This document shows, one piece after another, positions 13,745-14,962 of a stretch of 14,962 nt of DNA; the stretch's first letter is position 1, and every line of letters begins with the position of its first letter. Both the position numbers and the translations under genes were made by a program. The DNA comes from a virus (taxonomy: Duplodnaviria; Heunggongvirae; Uroviricota; Caudoviricetes): the IMG/VR virus record IMGVR_UViG_2529293000_000008; one strand, written 5' to 3'. The notes beneath the pieces were generated by a model. That model had not been told where the DNA came from. It saw only the letters and a program-made list of their open reading frames with translations, and did not search any database.

Positions 13745-14962
13745 TTATTTTCTTCTGGCTACTGGTAGCGTGGTTACGTTTTCATGTGTTCCCGCCAGTA
13801 TCCCTAACCGCTCCGTCCACATATCCAGCGCATTGCGTTTAGCATCCAGATAACGGGAATGATTATAAACTCGCTGCATTCCTGGCATCTGATGACCTGT
13901 AAGCTGCTCCACGACATGCGGATCAACGCCTAAATCGTTCAGCATGGTTGTAAAGGTGCGCCGGATGTCATGCAGTGACCAGTGAGGATGATTAAGCCTC
14001 CTGTGCGCTAATCTTCCATACTGCGATACGCTGGCCTCCTGTTTCGCTTCCCCCAGCAATAAGCCCGTGTGCCTGTTCTGCTCCACCAGCTGCGTGACGA
14101 ACGGCAGGATCGCTTCCGGTATGGGCCGGAATATTGCGACCTTCGTTTTGCTGTGCTCCTTCGGAACGGTCCATAGCATTTCCGTAAAATCCCACTCCCC
14201 GATCTCCGATAGCCTCAGTTCTACCGTCCTGGCTCCGAAGACAATCAGGAGGCGGATTAACGCGACGTAGTAAGGGGAAAATATTTTTTTGTCCAGTGCC
14301 TGCAATAATTCGCCAAGTTCTTTGTTACTTAAGACACGTTCGCTTATATCCGGTTTTTTCCCAACGTCCGCCACGTTCAGATCGTCCAGAACGTTGCTGA
14401 TTGCATAGCGCCGCCTACGGCAGAACTTAAGCGCCTGTTTGCACGCCTGTAGCACGAATCCGGCAGTAACAGGCGTTCGCTTTGCCACCTGGTCAAAACA
14501 GGCCAGCCAGTGCCGTAGCTCGCATTTATCCAGCGGCATAGCACCAATCTGCTGTATTACGTGATTATTAAGTCGCCTTTTCAGGGCGATATAATCCACG
14601 CGGTTTTCCTTTACGTAATACTCAAGCCAGTAGGTGAGCGCATCGCCAACCGTTACGGGCTTTAACGCTTCCTGTACGGTGTAATTCATCTCATGACGTG
14701 GATTTTTCCCCTCAGCCAGCCATGTGCGACACTGTGCGGCTTTTTCCCTGGCTGCTTTCAGGCTCAGATCAGGATAACTTCCCAGCTTAATGCGTTCGGG
14801 TCGTGTCTCCCTTCCCGTTCCGGCCCTGTATGTGAAATACCAGGTCAATTTCCCTGATGTTAAATATTTCACGCTCAGGTTTCCGCCATCACTATAAAAC
14901 GTGTTTTTCTCCGCTGGCTTACCATGAAGTTTCCTTAGCAAGGTATCGCTCAGTTTGTTCAT
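13745..14962 (-). CDS. int: Tyrosine recombinase / integrase (P4-like)
   Basis: 405 aa; N-terminal arm-binding-like region (LTSGKLTWYFTYRAG...LGSYPDLSLKAAREKA) and C-terminal catalytic region with HDIRRT and RVYNHSRY (His/Arg/Tyr signature); start codon lies at the window edge. Confidence 0.92.
   Translation of the reverse strand: MNKLSDTLLRKLHGKPAEKNTFYSDGGNLSVKYLTSGKLTWYFTYRAGTGRETRPERIKLGSYPDLSLKAAREKAAQCRTWLAEGKNPRHEMNYTVQEALKPVTVGDALTYWLEYYVKENRVDYIALKRRLNNHVIQQIGAMPLDKCELRHWLACFDQVAKRTPVTAGFVLQACKQALKFCRRRRYAISNVLDDLNVADVGKKPDISERVLSNKELGELLQALDKKIFSPYYVALIRLLIVFGARTVELRLSEIGEWDFTEMLWTVPKEHSKTKVAIFRPIPEAILPFVTQLVEQNRHTGLLLGEAKQEASVSQYGRLAHRRLNHPHWSLHDIRRTFTTMLNDLGVDPHVVEQLTGHQMPGMQRVYNHSRYLDAKRNALDMWTERLGILAGTHENVTTLPVARRK

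Larger units (their letters stand above)
139..14962 (-). mobile_element. Integrated phage satellite, capsid-forming PICI-like (int, alpA, primase plus ori, HK97-type head and packaging module, no tail or lysis genes); right end lies beyond the window
   Basis: Gene content and co-orientation on the minus strand; left junction inferred where the host ORF loses its expected sequence; integrase start codon sits at the window edge. Confidence 0.7.

Noticed and set aside
1-14962. tRNA or tmRNA gene as integration target, and LexA boxes (CTGT-N8-ACAG) in promoter regions
   Set aside because: No cloverleaf-compatible sequence or conserved T-loop motif (GTTCRANYC) was seen near the junction, and no convincing LexA box was seen in the intergenic regions on visual inspection. 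This is not an exhaustive search.

Overview
The window is almost entirely one integrated mobile element: a roughly 14.8 kb phage satellite of the capsid-forming PICI type, lying in reverse orientation in an enterobacterial-type chromosome. All calls rest on reading the supplied translations and the raw sequence; no database search was run. Reading the minus strand from the right edge: a P4-type tyrosine integrase (13745..14962), an AlpA-family regulator (13182..13370), a short divergent plus-strand operon with three GTGT-N3-ACAC operator-like sites and an RHH-like regulator (12400..12912), six small tightly coupled ORFs of unknown function (10771..12302), a P4/D5-type primase-helicase (9020..10774) followed by an iteron-rich putative origin (8781..9006), an SSB-like protein, a PerC-like regulator, and a complete HK97-type head and packaging module (capsid, prohead protease, portal, head-closure, head-tail connector, HNH endonuclease, TerS, TerL; 1159..7496). 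No tail, tape-measure, baseplate or lysis genes are present. The left edge carries the first ~46 codons of a host membrane-transporter gene (TqsA/YdgG-like from memory) fused to foreign sequence, marking the insertion junction. The most unexplained stretch is a palindrome-dense 700 bp non-coding region next to that junction (166..863). The element continues past the right edge, so its integrase-side att site is not visible.
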